From positions 128,001 through 192,000 of the forward strand of contig CAXXLX010000002.1 in NCBI GenBank assembly GCA_963665235.2: a stretch of 64,000 nt of DNA, in the 5' to 3' direction. This document shows, one piece after another, positions 1 through 8,644 of this stretch. The notes beneath the pieces are model-generated. The model did not search any database, was not told where the DNA came from, and saw only the letters and a list, made by a program, of their open reading frames with translations. The position numbers and the translations under genes are program-made. The DNA is from Candidatus Poribacteria bacterium (lineage in GTDB: Bacteria > Poribacteria > WGA-4E > WGA-3G). Each line of letters starts with the position of its first letter. The stretch's first letter is position 1.

Positions 1-2
1 CT

Positions 3-1265
3 AGACTGTACCTTACGCCAGTCGCAGCGGGGACAGCCACAATCACCATCACGGTGTCCGACCCAGGTGGATTGACCGCTACGCAGACCTTCACTGCCAC
101 TGTGCCAGTGCCAAATAGTGCACCCACAACTGTGGGAACTATTCCCGCTCAAACGGTAAATGTGGGTGGGACTGCCACAGTTGACGTAAGCAGCTACTTC
201 AGCGATGCGGATGGGGATACCTTAACCTACACTGCGGTCTCTTCGGCTACTGCCACAGCAACCGTCAGTGTATCAAATGCAACCGTCACCATCACAGGTG
301 TCGCGGGAGGGACAGCCACAATAACCGTCACGGCGACTGACCCCGGCGGTTTGAGTGCTACACAGACTATCTCTCTTACTGTTAATAGTGCCCCCGCAAC
401 CGTAGGAACTATTCCCGCCCAAACGGTAAATCTCGGTAGCACTGCCACAGTTGACGTAAGCAGCTACTTCAGTGATGCCGATGGTGATACCCTAACCTAC
501 ACTGCGGTCTCTTCGGCTACTGCCACAGCAACCGTCAGTGTATCAAATGCCACCGTCACCATCACCGCAGTCGCAGCCGGCACCGCAACGGTAACCGTCA
601 CGGCGACTGACCCCGGCGGTTTGAGTGCTACACAGACTATCAGTGTTACGGTAGCCAACCCAGCAGACGTGAATAGCGATGGCGTTGTTAACATCTACGA
701 CTTGGTGTTAGTTGCCTCACAGTTTGGGACCTCAAACTCAGCTGCGGATGTGAACGGTGATGGCACTGTAAACACACAAGATCTGGTCCGGGTCTCAAGT
801 GCATTAGGAAGCGCGCCGACTGCAAATCAGTCTGCAGCAGCAGTCGCCAACAATTGGCTCAAACTTGCGCGTCAAAACGCATCAAACGTAGATAAAACTG
901 CCATTCCAGCAGGATTTTCCTACGAACGTGGCATTCAGGTCCTTGAAGAGTTGGCACGTGCGTTGACACCGAATGCAACCGCACTCTTAGCGAACTATCC
1001 GAACCCGTTCAACCCAGAGACGTGGATACCGTATCAGTTAGCGAAAGCCGCTGATGTCACGGTAACCATCTACGCCTCGGATGGCAACATTGTTCGGACG
1101 TTAGCAATAGGGCATCGGGATGCGGGCATGTATCACAACCGGAGCCAAGCCGCATATTGGGATGGTAAAAACGAGATGAGCGAATCCGTAGCGAGCGGAA
1201 TCTATTTCTACACCCTCACCGCAGGGAACTTCTCCGCCACGCGCAAGATGCTCATCCTCAAATAG
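3..1265 (+). CDS. Secreted/surface protein, 5'-truncated by the window: cadherin/Ig-like repeats, dockerin-like domain, FlgD-Ig/T9SS-like C-terminal domain
   Basis: Frame open from the window start; two near-identical NSAP..YFSDADGDTLTYT..TATDPGGLSATQT repeats; DVNSDGVVNIYDLVLV dockerin motif; NYPNPFNPETWIPYQL...YWDGKN...SGIYFY tail. Confidence 0.85.
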   Translation, partial: RLYLTPVAAGTATITITVSDPGGLTATQTFTATVPVPNSAPTTVGTIPAQTVNVGGTATVDVSSYFSDADGDTLTYTAVSSATATATVSVSNATVTITGVAGGTATITVTATDPGGLSATQTISLTVNSAPATVGTIPAQTVNLGSTATVDVSSYFSDADGDTLTYTAVSSATATATVSVSNATVTITAVAAGTATVTVTATDPGGLSATQTISVTVANPADVNSDGVVNIYDLVLVASQFGTSNSAADVNGDGTVNTQDLVRVSSALGSAPTANQSAAAVANNWLKLARQNASNVDKTAIPAGFSYERGIQVLEELARALTPNATALLANYPNPFNPETWIPYQLAKAADVTVTIYASDGNIVRTLAIGHRDAGMYHNRSQAAYWDGKNEMSESVASGIYFYTLTAGNFSATRKMLILK

Positions 1266-1269
1266 GAGT

Positions 1270-1531
1270 GAGCGTTGCTCGTTCTATTCTTCAGTAGGAG
1301 CGTGCTGTGCACGCGATAAAGCGAGCGTTGCTCGTTCTATTCTTCAGTAGGAGCGTGCTGTGCACGCGATAAAGCGAGCGTTGCTCGTTCTATTCTTCAG
1401 TAGGAGCGTGCTGTGCACGCGATAAAGCGAGCGTTGCTCGTTCTATTCTTCAGTAGGAGCGTGCTGTGCACGCGATAAAGCGAGCGTTGCTCGTTCTATT
1501 CTTCAGTAGGAGCGTGCTGTGCACGCGATAA
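1270..1531 (+). repeat. Five tandem 53-bp units, each containing a GTAG-REP hairpin
   Basis: Unit gagcgttgctcgttctattcttcagtaggagcgtgctgtgcacgcgataaagc; GTAG followed by gcgtgc-tgt-gcacgc stem. Confidence 0.95.
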
Positions 1532-1763
1532 ATAATGTTTAATCGGCGAGGTTTTTCATAACCTCGCCCCAACCTAACATGGACAGTTTGTGCTATCTTT
1601 TGTAGCATAAACTGTCCAGTTTTTTCCAAAGAGTGTAAAGTTTTAGCACACCCGTTCAGTATTCGGGCAAACGGTTTCCCGCTCCTATAGTAGGGTGATT
1701 TATCACCCGTAGTGTTGTTAGTAGTAGGGTGATTTATCGCTTGTTCCCCTTTTCGGAATGCAG

Positions 1764-1960
1764 AAAAAACGCAAAACCCATAATCCCAAACCTTCGATTG
1801 TTACGTCTCTTAATTCCGTGTTCTCCGCGTCCTCCGCGCCTTCCGCGATTCAGACCCCTCTTAAATTCCGCGTCCTCCGCGTTCTCCGCGTTAATCCGCG
1901 ATTTGCGGCGTACTCGCCCAAATGCGACGTGCATTCAAACAACTTCTTCCCCTTCCATTC
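1764..1960 (+). repeat. Dispersed repeat (9-mer ctccgcgtc run plus aatccgcgat...cagacaa core); other copies near 4310-4460, 12355-12397 and 55020-55135
   Basis: ccgcgatttgcggcgtactcgcccaaatgcgacgtgcattc is identical in three copies. Confidence 0.85.
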
Positions 1961-2031
1961 TTCCTGTTCCCCTTTTTCCGCCTGTTCGGACAGCGAGTTC
2001 GCCTTCCATTCTTCCATTCTTCCATTCCAAC

Positions 2032-2832
2032 TTAAGCATCCAAAATCGGACGATTCAATCGAGAATGATACGGCGGCTCCATCACCGCCCGCTGCCGTTC
2101 ATTTGCCCACTCCGGAATAGGATAAGCCGGAACATACGCCATATTTCCAGCCGTATATCGCGTCAAAATTGAGCGCCGCGGATGCTCCGCCTTCCACGGT
2201 AGCGTCCCGTGCGTCACAGCCTCCGTAAAAATCACAACATCCCCAGCGTCACACACCAACTGCCGAATATGTTCCTGATGTTTCTGATACAACCGCATCT
2301 CTTGCGGGCATGGGTAATTACTCTTATGGCTACCCGGTATAACGATTAAACCCCCCGCCCCTGGCGGCACATCCGTTAGTTGAAACGTCACAACAGTCAA
2401 CCCGTTATGCATTCTACCATCACGGAAAACATAGTATTGATTCGGATCGAAACCGGGCCCCGATGACCCGTGAAAAATAAAACCTTCTGCCCCTTTATCC
2501 ATAGAAAGTAGAAACATCTGGTGGTCCATACGGAACCCCTTTCCCAATATCACATTCAGATACGGGACAATTGTCGGATGTGCAAGCATGTGTCGAAACG
2601 GATTGCACCAGGGCTCCTCCCATCCGAGCATCCCACCGAGTTCACCTCTACCCTGTTCCCCCTTCAGCTCAGCCGAGCCGCCATCAAGCGTCTGCTCACG
2701 GGGCCGAATTCGGGCATGTTCACTATGTTTATCAATCGCCTCGTTCGCCAATGTCACCTCTTCAGGTGTGAGAACACCCTTAATAACAAGGTAACCGTTC
2801 AGATCAAACAGATATTTTTCGTCAGCATTCAT
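2032..2832 (-). CDS. Phytanoyl-CoA dioxygenase (PhyH) family Fe(II)/2OG oxygenase
   Basis: FDLNGYLVIKGVL, GGLIVIPGSHK and AGDVVIFTEAVTHG motifs. Confidence 0.88.
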   Translation of the reverse strand: MNADEKYLFDLNGYLVIKGVLTPEEVTLANEAIDKHSEHARIRPREQTLDGGSAELKGEQGRGELGGMLGWEEPWCNPFRHMLAHPTIVPYLNVILGKGFRMDHQMFLLSMDKGAEGFIFHGSSGPGFDPNQYYVFRDGRMHNGLTVVTFQLTDVPPGAGGLIVIPGSHKSNYPCPQEMRLYQKHQEHIRQLVCDAGDVVIFTEAVTHGTLPWKAEHPRRSILTRYTAGNMAYVPAYPIPEWANERQRAVMEPPYHSRLNRPILDA

Positions 2833-2869
2833 GTATTATCTCCTAGATTGGTTTATGGTTTATGGTTTA

Positions 2870-3025
2870 TAACCCAAGTTGCTACTTATAAGTTTTTAGA
2901 CCTGGAACCACCGGCTTTAATGAAAATATGCTGATAATTAGCTAATATTTGTCCGGTTCACTTCCAATTTGCACACAAATATGCACAATCTGGAAGATTA
3001 TGCTACTATGTGGCAACTTAGGTGT
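2870..3025. mobile_element. Short MITE-like derivative of the element at 59731-60379, containing one GTAG-REP
   Basis: Ends acccaagttgctac / gtggcaacttaggt are imperfect inverted repeats; interior matches the reverse complement of about 60290-60379. Confidence 0.65.
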
Positions 3026-3105
3026 TTATAGCAAAAGATTCTGATGCACTTCAGAGATATGATTATAATCACAAACTCTTGCCAATAGCCAATAGCCAAT
3101 AACCA

Positions 3106-4233
3106 CTACACCGCATAAGCCACGGAACCGTCCTCGCGTAAAGGTGTCGTACCGGTATTCATCGGTCGATACGGTGTCTCTGCAATTAAACTATCGTCAA
3201 GTTCTACCCCCAAGCCGGGGGCTTCAGGAATTGGAATATATCCGCCCTCCCGTTCGTATGCCACCTTATACACAGCATAATCTGGCGACTCATCACCTTT
3301 CGTGTATTCCTGCGTAATAAAATTCGGAATACTCGTATCCAGATGCAGCGACGCAGCCGTAATAAGCGGCCCAAGAAAATTATGCGTCACAACCGCACTG
3401 TGATAAGCTTCAGCGATCGCCGCAATTTTCTTACAATGCGTTAACCCCCCAGCCAAACCGACATCCGGCCGTACGTATTGCGGACCGCCTGCCTCCAGCA
3501 GTTCACGAAATTCCCAGATAGTCGTCAACCGTTCCCCATTACCCACCGGGCTCGTCATCCGCTTCGCCAGCTCCGCTTGTGTTTTGATTGTATCTATCTG
3601 AATCGGATCCTCAATAAAATACAGATTAAACGGTGCCAACGCCGCCTCCAATACGATGCTATTCATCGGTGTCAGTTTCCGATGCACCTCCACAATCAGA
3701 TCCAGATCCGGGCCACCGCCTTCTCGTGCTGCAGCAACCAGGTCCCGCGCTGTCTTCACCAGTCTATCCACAGTCATATCCTGAAAATTCCCAACCAACG
3801 GATCGAACTTAAGTGCAGTAAAACCCTCAGCAACAGCTGATTTCGCCGCCTCAAACATTGTCTCCGGAGTACCGGCACCGCCGAGAAGGTGCAACCGGAT
3901 TTTATCACGGCAGTTTCCCCCCAACAGCTCCCAAATCGGCACCCCCAAGTGTTTACCCTTAATATCCCACAACGCAATATCCACCGCACTTATAGCCCCA
4001 CTCAGCGCAGTCCCTTTAAACGGACCCATCCGATAAAGATATTGCCAGTGATGCTCAATTCGCAGCGGATTCTGCCCGATGAGATATTTCTCAAACGTAT
4101 TAACGATTTTCTCAACCGCCTCCGGATAGCCCCAGCAAGCAGTCTGTCCTACACCGCTGATACCTGTATCGGTATATATCCGAAGCACGTAGCCATTCCC
4201 GATAAAAAACGATTCAATTTTATCTATTTTCAT
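3106..4233 (-). CDS. Mandelate racemase/muconate lactonizing family enolase, galactonate dehydratase-like
   Basis: SAVDIALWDIKGK, KFD, EVH, EDP, GE and HN enolase-superfamily motifs. Confidence 0.88.
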   Translation of the reverse strand: MKIDKIESFFIGNGYVLRIYTDTGISGVGQTACWGYPEAVEKIVNTFEKYLIGQNPLRIEHHWQYLYRMGPFKGTALSGAISAVDIALWDIKGKHLGVPIWELLGGNCRDKIRLHLLGGAGTPETMFEAAKSAVAEGFTALKFDPLVGNFQDMTVDRLVKTARDLVAAAREGGGPDLDLIVEVHRKLTPMNSIVLEAALAPFNLYFIEDPIQIDTIKTQAELAKRMTSPVGNGERLTTIWEFRELLEAGGPQYVRPDVGLAGGLTHCKKIAAIAEAYHSAVVTHNFLGPLITAASLHLDTSIPNFITQEYTKGDESPDYAVYKVAYEREGGYIPIPEAPGLGVELDDSLIAETPYRPMNTGTTPLREDGSVAYAV

Positions 4234-4784
4234 ACATCGCTCCCCTAAGAAATTATTTTCATCTTACATCACTGCATTATATCACAAACCTCCGAATCCA
4301 TCAAAGTTAAAAAAACGCAAAACCTGTAATCACAAACCTTTGATTGTTACGCATCTTAAACTCCTCGTTCTCCGCGCTAATCCGCGATTTGCGGCGTACT
4401 CGCCCAAATGCGACGTGCATTCAGACAACTTCCCCCGCTTCCATCCTTCCATCCATCTTTTGTACAGAAACTTTACACCCCCCCTATAATGGGTGTGTAA
4501 AGTTTTTGTACAAGTAGGACGGACGCATTCCCCTCCGCTCCTCTACTAGCGGGATATCGGTATTAGTCCCAGTATTCGGGCAAGCAGCCCGCTCTTTAAG
4601 GACGATATCTTTATAGAAGCACAAAACGCACACCCTCTCTTAGTCCCAGTATTCGGGCAAGCAGCCCGCTCTTCAAGGACGATATCTTTATAGAATGAAA
4701 AAAATGTTGTGGATTATTACCATTTATTGCCCATCGCAGCCCTGATTCTCGTAGAAAAACGCATCGCGCATCACAACCCTATAC

Positions 4785-5164
4785 ACGCGAGCTTGATAAT
4801 AAATATCCATTTTCTCTAAACATTTTTGAGGTTCTCCGAAAAAAGCGGAATTGGAGCAGAAACCGCTGCTTCTATAAAGAATCGTCCTTGGAGAGCGGGA
4901 AACCGTTTGCCCGAATACTGGGACTAAGCGGGCAGAAACGGCTGCTTCTATAAAGATATCGTCCTTCGGGCTATTTCCCGAATACTGGGACTAAGAATCG
5001 GGGCGGAAACGGTTTTCTATAAAGATATCGTCCCTACGGGACTAAGAGGCGGGCAGAAACCGAGATGCCTATAAACATATCGTCCCTAAGGAGCGGGCTT
5101 CTCGCCCAGTATTCGAGCAACCAGCCCGCTCCTCATACTAGGGGAAAATTTTTCAAACTCACGT
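4785..5164. mobile_element. MITE copy 1 (ends ACGYGAGCTTGATAA / TTTTCAAACTCACGT) with hairpin-repeat cargo
   Basis: Terminal inverted repeats; tatac duplicated on both sides. Confidence 0.8.
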
Positions 5165-5242
5165 TATACGACACGATGGGCGATGAATCGCCCTACTACA
5201 AACGGGTGTACAAAAACTTTAAACACCCCTATAATTTTTCAT

Positions 5243-5271
5243 TTGACTTTTTTTTAAAAATGTGCTACAAT
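5243..5271 (+). promoter_or_regulatory. Sigma70-like promoter
   Basis: ttgact-N17-tacaat upstream of an RBS (gaggagg) and the ORF at 5367. Confidence 0.55.
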
Positions 5272-5366
5272 ATATTCAATAAAATCGTGACACCGACAAA
5301 ATAATACCTCATGCGGAGCCACGAGAGACAGTATTCGGGCAAACAGCCCGCTAGAGGAGGGACAAA

Positions 5367-5834
5367 ATGAGCATAGAAATAGGCGGTAAAACATTTCCAA
5401 CCGTAAAGGATGTGCAAACGCATGTCTACCAGATTTTAAAGGAAGCCCCCGTAGACCAACCGATTATGTCTTCGGATGCCGAACTCATACAAGAGCTTTT
5501 CTTACACCATCCAGAAGTAGAAGAAAAGCAAGGACTCGGCATATCTTACTTCAAGGTTGGCAGACATCCAGTAGCAAATGCCCGCGCATTTTGTGTCGTA
5601 CGTATAGACGGTACCGCTGAAACATTCAGTATAAAAAAGTGTTTTACGAGATGGAGAATGAAAACAACTACCTCGCAAAGCAAAGGAAAAACCGCAAAAA
5701 CTGCTACGACAGGAAAGCTTGGAGGAAAGATCGATCCCGCGCAACTTCAAAAGCGATTTGACAAAGTCGCCGAACTCTATAGCGAACTCGGAAAAGAAAT
5801 CGATCAGATACACAAGCTCCTAATCGTAAAATAA
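5367..5834 (+). CDS. DCL/DUF3223 family protein with a C-terminal coiled coil
   Basis: LxxHP..EK.G.GI..F.V..HP....RxF.VVR.DGT.E.FS.KKC pattern recognised as DUF3223. Confidence 0.75.
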   Translation: MSIEIGGKTFPTVKDVQTHVYQILKEAPVDQPIMSSDAELIQELFLHHPEVEEKQGLGISYFKVGRHPVANARAFCVVRIDGTAETFSIKKCFTRWRMKTTTSQSKGKTAKTATTGKLGGKIDPAQLQKRFDKVAELYSELGKEIDQIHKLLIVK

Positions 5835-6007
5835 CGGATACGGGAGGAATACCAGACTCCCACCACAACTGCTATCTCACCAGATACAGCAGGGTAGGAA
5901 TCGACACCTATATAATAGTCGAAGTCTATCCTAATTCCTCTTAGTGGTTCACTCGCCGGATATTTATGTTTATCAGAAACCCGGCGAGTGTGTAAAGTTT
6001 TGATCTC

Positions 6008-6127
6008 CCCGTTCGTAGTAGGGCAATTTATTGTCTGTCGGAGCCCCGTTTGTAGTAGGCCAATTTATTGCCCGTCGGAGCCGTTGGAGCCCCGTTCATA
6101 GTAGGGCAATTTATTGCCCATCGGAGT
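6008..6127 (+). repeat. Three tandem GTAG-REP units (gtagggcaatttattgccc)
   Basis: Repeated cccgtt..gtagtagggcaatttattgcccgtcggag. Confidence 0.8.
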
Positions 6128-6366
6128 GATGTTTAGTAGAGGAGCAGGCAGCCCGCTCCTCAAGATTAGATTAGGACTTACGCAAATTTAGCAGAAACCT
6201 CGTAGGGGCGGGGTCCCCCCGCCCGCAGGTCTAGGTCTGCCTCTAAATCCCACTATCATTAGGGTTTATCAACGCGCTGCGTAAGTGTTGTAGATAAAAA
6301 ACATTTGATTTTTATTTCAATTTTTGCTAAACTCTTTTCAAATTCCACAGCCGAAGGCAGGAAAAT

Positions 6367-6684
6367 ATGCAAACACAAGCCGAACTTTACGATATTGCGC
6401 TAACACATTTCGCAGAAAACGATTTAGAAGCCGCCGTCAACGCTTTCAAACAACTTATTGCTACATATCCCGACTACATCGAGGGATACCTCGGACTCGG
6501 ACATGCCTATGAACGGCTCGGTTTATACGATGAAGCAATTGATGCCGTAAAAAAAGCCATCGACATTAACCCCGAAGACCCGCTTGCATATACCAGCTTA
6601 TCTATCTGTTATCAGCGAAAAGGCATGATTCAGGAAGCCGAAGACGCAATGGCAAAATCACAATTACTGCAACGTTCACCCTAG
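6367..6684 (+). CDS. Tetratricopeptide repeat protein
   Basis: TPR consensus YLGLGHAYERLGLYDEAIDAVKKAIDINP. Confidence 0.88.
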   Translation: MQTQAELYDIALTHFAENDLEAAVNAFKQLIATYPDYIEGYLGLGHAYERLGLYDEAIDAVKKAIDINPEDPLAYTSLSICYQRKGMIQEAEDAMAKSQLLQRSP

Positions 6685-6859
6685 TGCCCTAGACGTTAAT
6701 CACAACATCTTGCTAATTGCCTCGCTGGCTAATGACTATTAGCTTATGGCTTATGGCAAGAACAAGAGGGGTTTGACGCGCGGCAAAAATCTGATTATAA
6801 TCACAAAATCTTGCCAATTGCCAATCGCCAATTGCTAATCGCCAATAAAGGAGACAAAT

Positions 6860-7672
6860 ATGCTTACGCAAACCCAGGTCGACACCTTTCGTCAGAAAGG
6901 TTTTCTGCTCGGAAACCGTGTAATAACCGACGAACAGGTCGATGAATTGCGCACAGAACTAGCACGTGTCATCGACGCCTATGAAAAAACCGATGTCCCG
7001 CAGCCCGTCCGAATTGCCAACCTTGGCGGACGCGAAAAAAATCCTGTCTGGCAAATTGTTAATATTTGGGAAGCAAGCCACGCTTACAACCAGCTGATTT
7101 ACAACCCGATTATTGTCCAAGAAATCGCACAACTCACATCCGCAACAGAATTGCGTGTCTGGCACGACCAAATACAATACAAACCCCCACAAATCGGCGG
7201 AATCAATAAATGGCATCAAGATTCACCTCTCTGGGGAATTCTTATGCCAAAAACCAGTCAAGTAACCGCATGGGTCGCCTTAGACGACGTTGATGAAACC
7301 AACGGATGTATGCGTATGGTACCAGGCTCCTATCACTGGGGACCGCAAATGCGATTCCTCGGCAGCGTCGGAGACATCCATTCAATGCATGACCACTTTG
7401 AAGACCATCCGCTCTCCGTCGAACTCTGTCCCGTACCGAAAGGCCATGTCCATTACCATCACTCCTTGACATGGCACGGTTCGCATGACAACAACAGCAG
7501 CGGTCCGAGACGTGCAATCGCTGTCCATTATATGACAAGCGAAACCCGATACGATGGCAATGGCAATCACCTCATGAAACAGTTCGTCACCGTCAACGAT
7601 GGCGACAAATTAGCAGGAGAACATTTCCCACTCGTCATGGAAGCCGGCGTACCGACACCCCACACCCCATGA
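6860..7672 (+). CDS. PhyH family dioxygenase (tandem paralog 1)
   Basis: WHQD, WVALDD, NGCMRMVPGS, WHGS and RRA motifs; RBS aaggaga. Confidence 0.92.
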   Translation: MLTQTQVDTFRQKGFLLGNRVITDEQVDELRTELARVIDAYEKTDVPQPVRIANLGGREKNPVWQIVNIWEASHAYNQLIYNPIIVQEIAQLTSATELRVWHDQIQYKPPQIGGINKWHQDSPLWGILMPKTSQVTAWVALDDVDETNGCMRMVPGSYHWGPQMRFLGSVGDIHSMHDHFEDHPLSVELCPVPKGHVHYHHSLTWHGSHDNNSSGPRRAIAVHYMTSETRYDGNGNHLMKQFVTVNDGDKLAGEHFPLVMEAGVPTPHTP

Positions 7673-7685
7673 ACCGGAGGCAGCT

Positions 7686-7800
7686 CGTAGGGGCGAGGTC
7701 TCCTCGCCCGCGTGCGTTCCGTAGGGTCGTGGTTTCCCCGCCCGCGTGCGTATCGTAGGGGCGAGGTCTCCTCGCCCGCCAATAGCCAATAGCCAATTGC
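7686..7800 (+). repeat. Three GTAG-REPs (gtaggggcgaggtctcctcgccc type) plus gccaata heptamers
   Basis: Seen directly between the PhyH paralogs. Confidence 0.85.
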
Positions 7801-7815
7801 CACCAGGAGACAAAC

Positions 7816-8622
7816 ATGCTCAATCAAACTCAGGTCGATACATTCCTTCAAAAAGGTTTCCTACTCGGGAGCCGTGTCTTAAATGATGCACAAGTAGAAG
7901 AATTACAAACAGAATTAGCACGCGTCATTGACGACTACAAAAAAGACGACATCCCACAACCGGTTCACATAGCAAACCTCGGCGGTCGAGAAGAAACCCC
8001 AGTCTGGCAAATTGTTAATATTTGGGAAGCAAGCCACGCCTACAACCAGCTGATTTACAACCCGATTATTGTCCAAGAAATCGCACAACTCACATCCGCA
8101 ACAGAAGTACGCGTCTGGCACGACCAAATCCAATACAAACCCCCTGAAATCGGCGGCGTTAACATGTGGCACCAGGATTCACCCTACTGGCCAATTCTTA
8201 CACCGAAAACCAGCCAAGTGACCGCCTGGGTCGCCCTAGACGATGTCGATGAAGCCAACGGGTGTATGCGTATGGTCCCGGGCTCTTACCACTGGGGCAA
8301 TCAAATTTCGTTCCTCCATTCCGTCAAAGACATTCACTCAATGCCCACCCGATTTGAAGAGAACGAACTAGATGTCGAACTCTGTCCCGTACCGAAAGGC
8401 CATGTCCATTACCATCACTCCTTAACTTGGCACGGCTCCCATGACAACAGCAGTGGTCAGCCCCGGCGTGCAATCGCAGTCCATTATATGACAGGCGAAA
8501 CCCGCTACGATGCCAGCGGAAACCACGTGATGAAACAGTTCGTCACCGTCCAGGATGGCGATAAATTAGCAGGAGATAGCTTCCCACTTGTCATGCAAGC
8601 GGGAACGCCAACGCGCCCGTAA
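7816..8622 (+). CDS. PhyH family dioxygenase (tandem paralog 2)
   Basis: Same motifs as 6860-7672, with long identical stretches. Confidence 0.92.
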   Translation: MLNQTQVDTFLQKGFLLGSRVLNDAQVEELQTELARVIDDYKKDDIPQPVHIANLGGREETPVWQIVNIWEASHAYNQLIYNPIIVQEIAQLTSATEVRVWHDQIQYKPPEIGGVNMWHQDSPYWPILTPKTSQVTAWVALDDVDEANGCMRMVPGSYHWGNQISFLHSVKDIHSMPTRFEENELDVELCPVPKGHVHYHHSLTWHGSHDNSSGQPRRAIAVHYMTGETRYDASGNHVMKQFVTVQDGDKLAGDSFPLVMQAGTPTRP

Positions 8623-8644
8623 AAATCAAGTACAGGAGATATTT

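Noticed and set aside
1270-1531. Tandem repeat as a CRISPR array
   Set aside because: Units are identical, with no unique spacers.
1729-2172. ORFs over intergenic repeats (also 5065, 7567-7851, 11943-12432, 36425, 63790)
   Set aside because: Low-complexity translations of REP or heptamer repeats, or antisense shadows of real genes.
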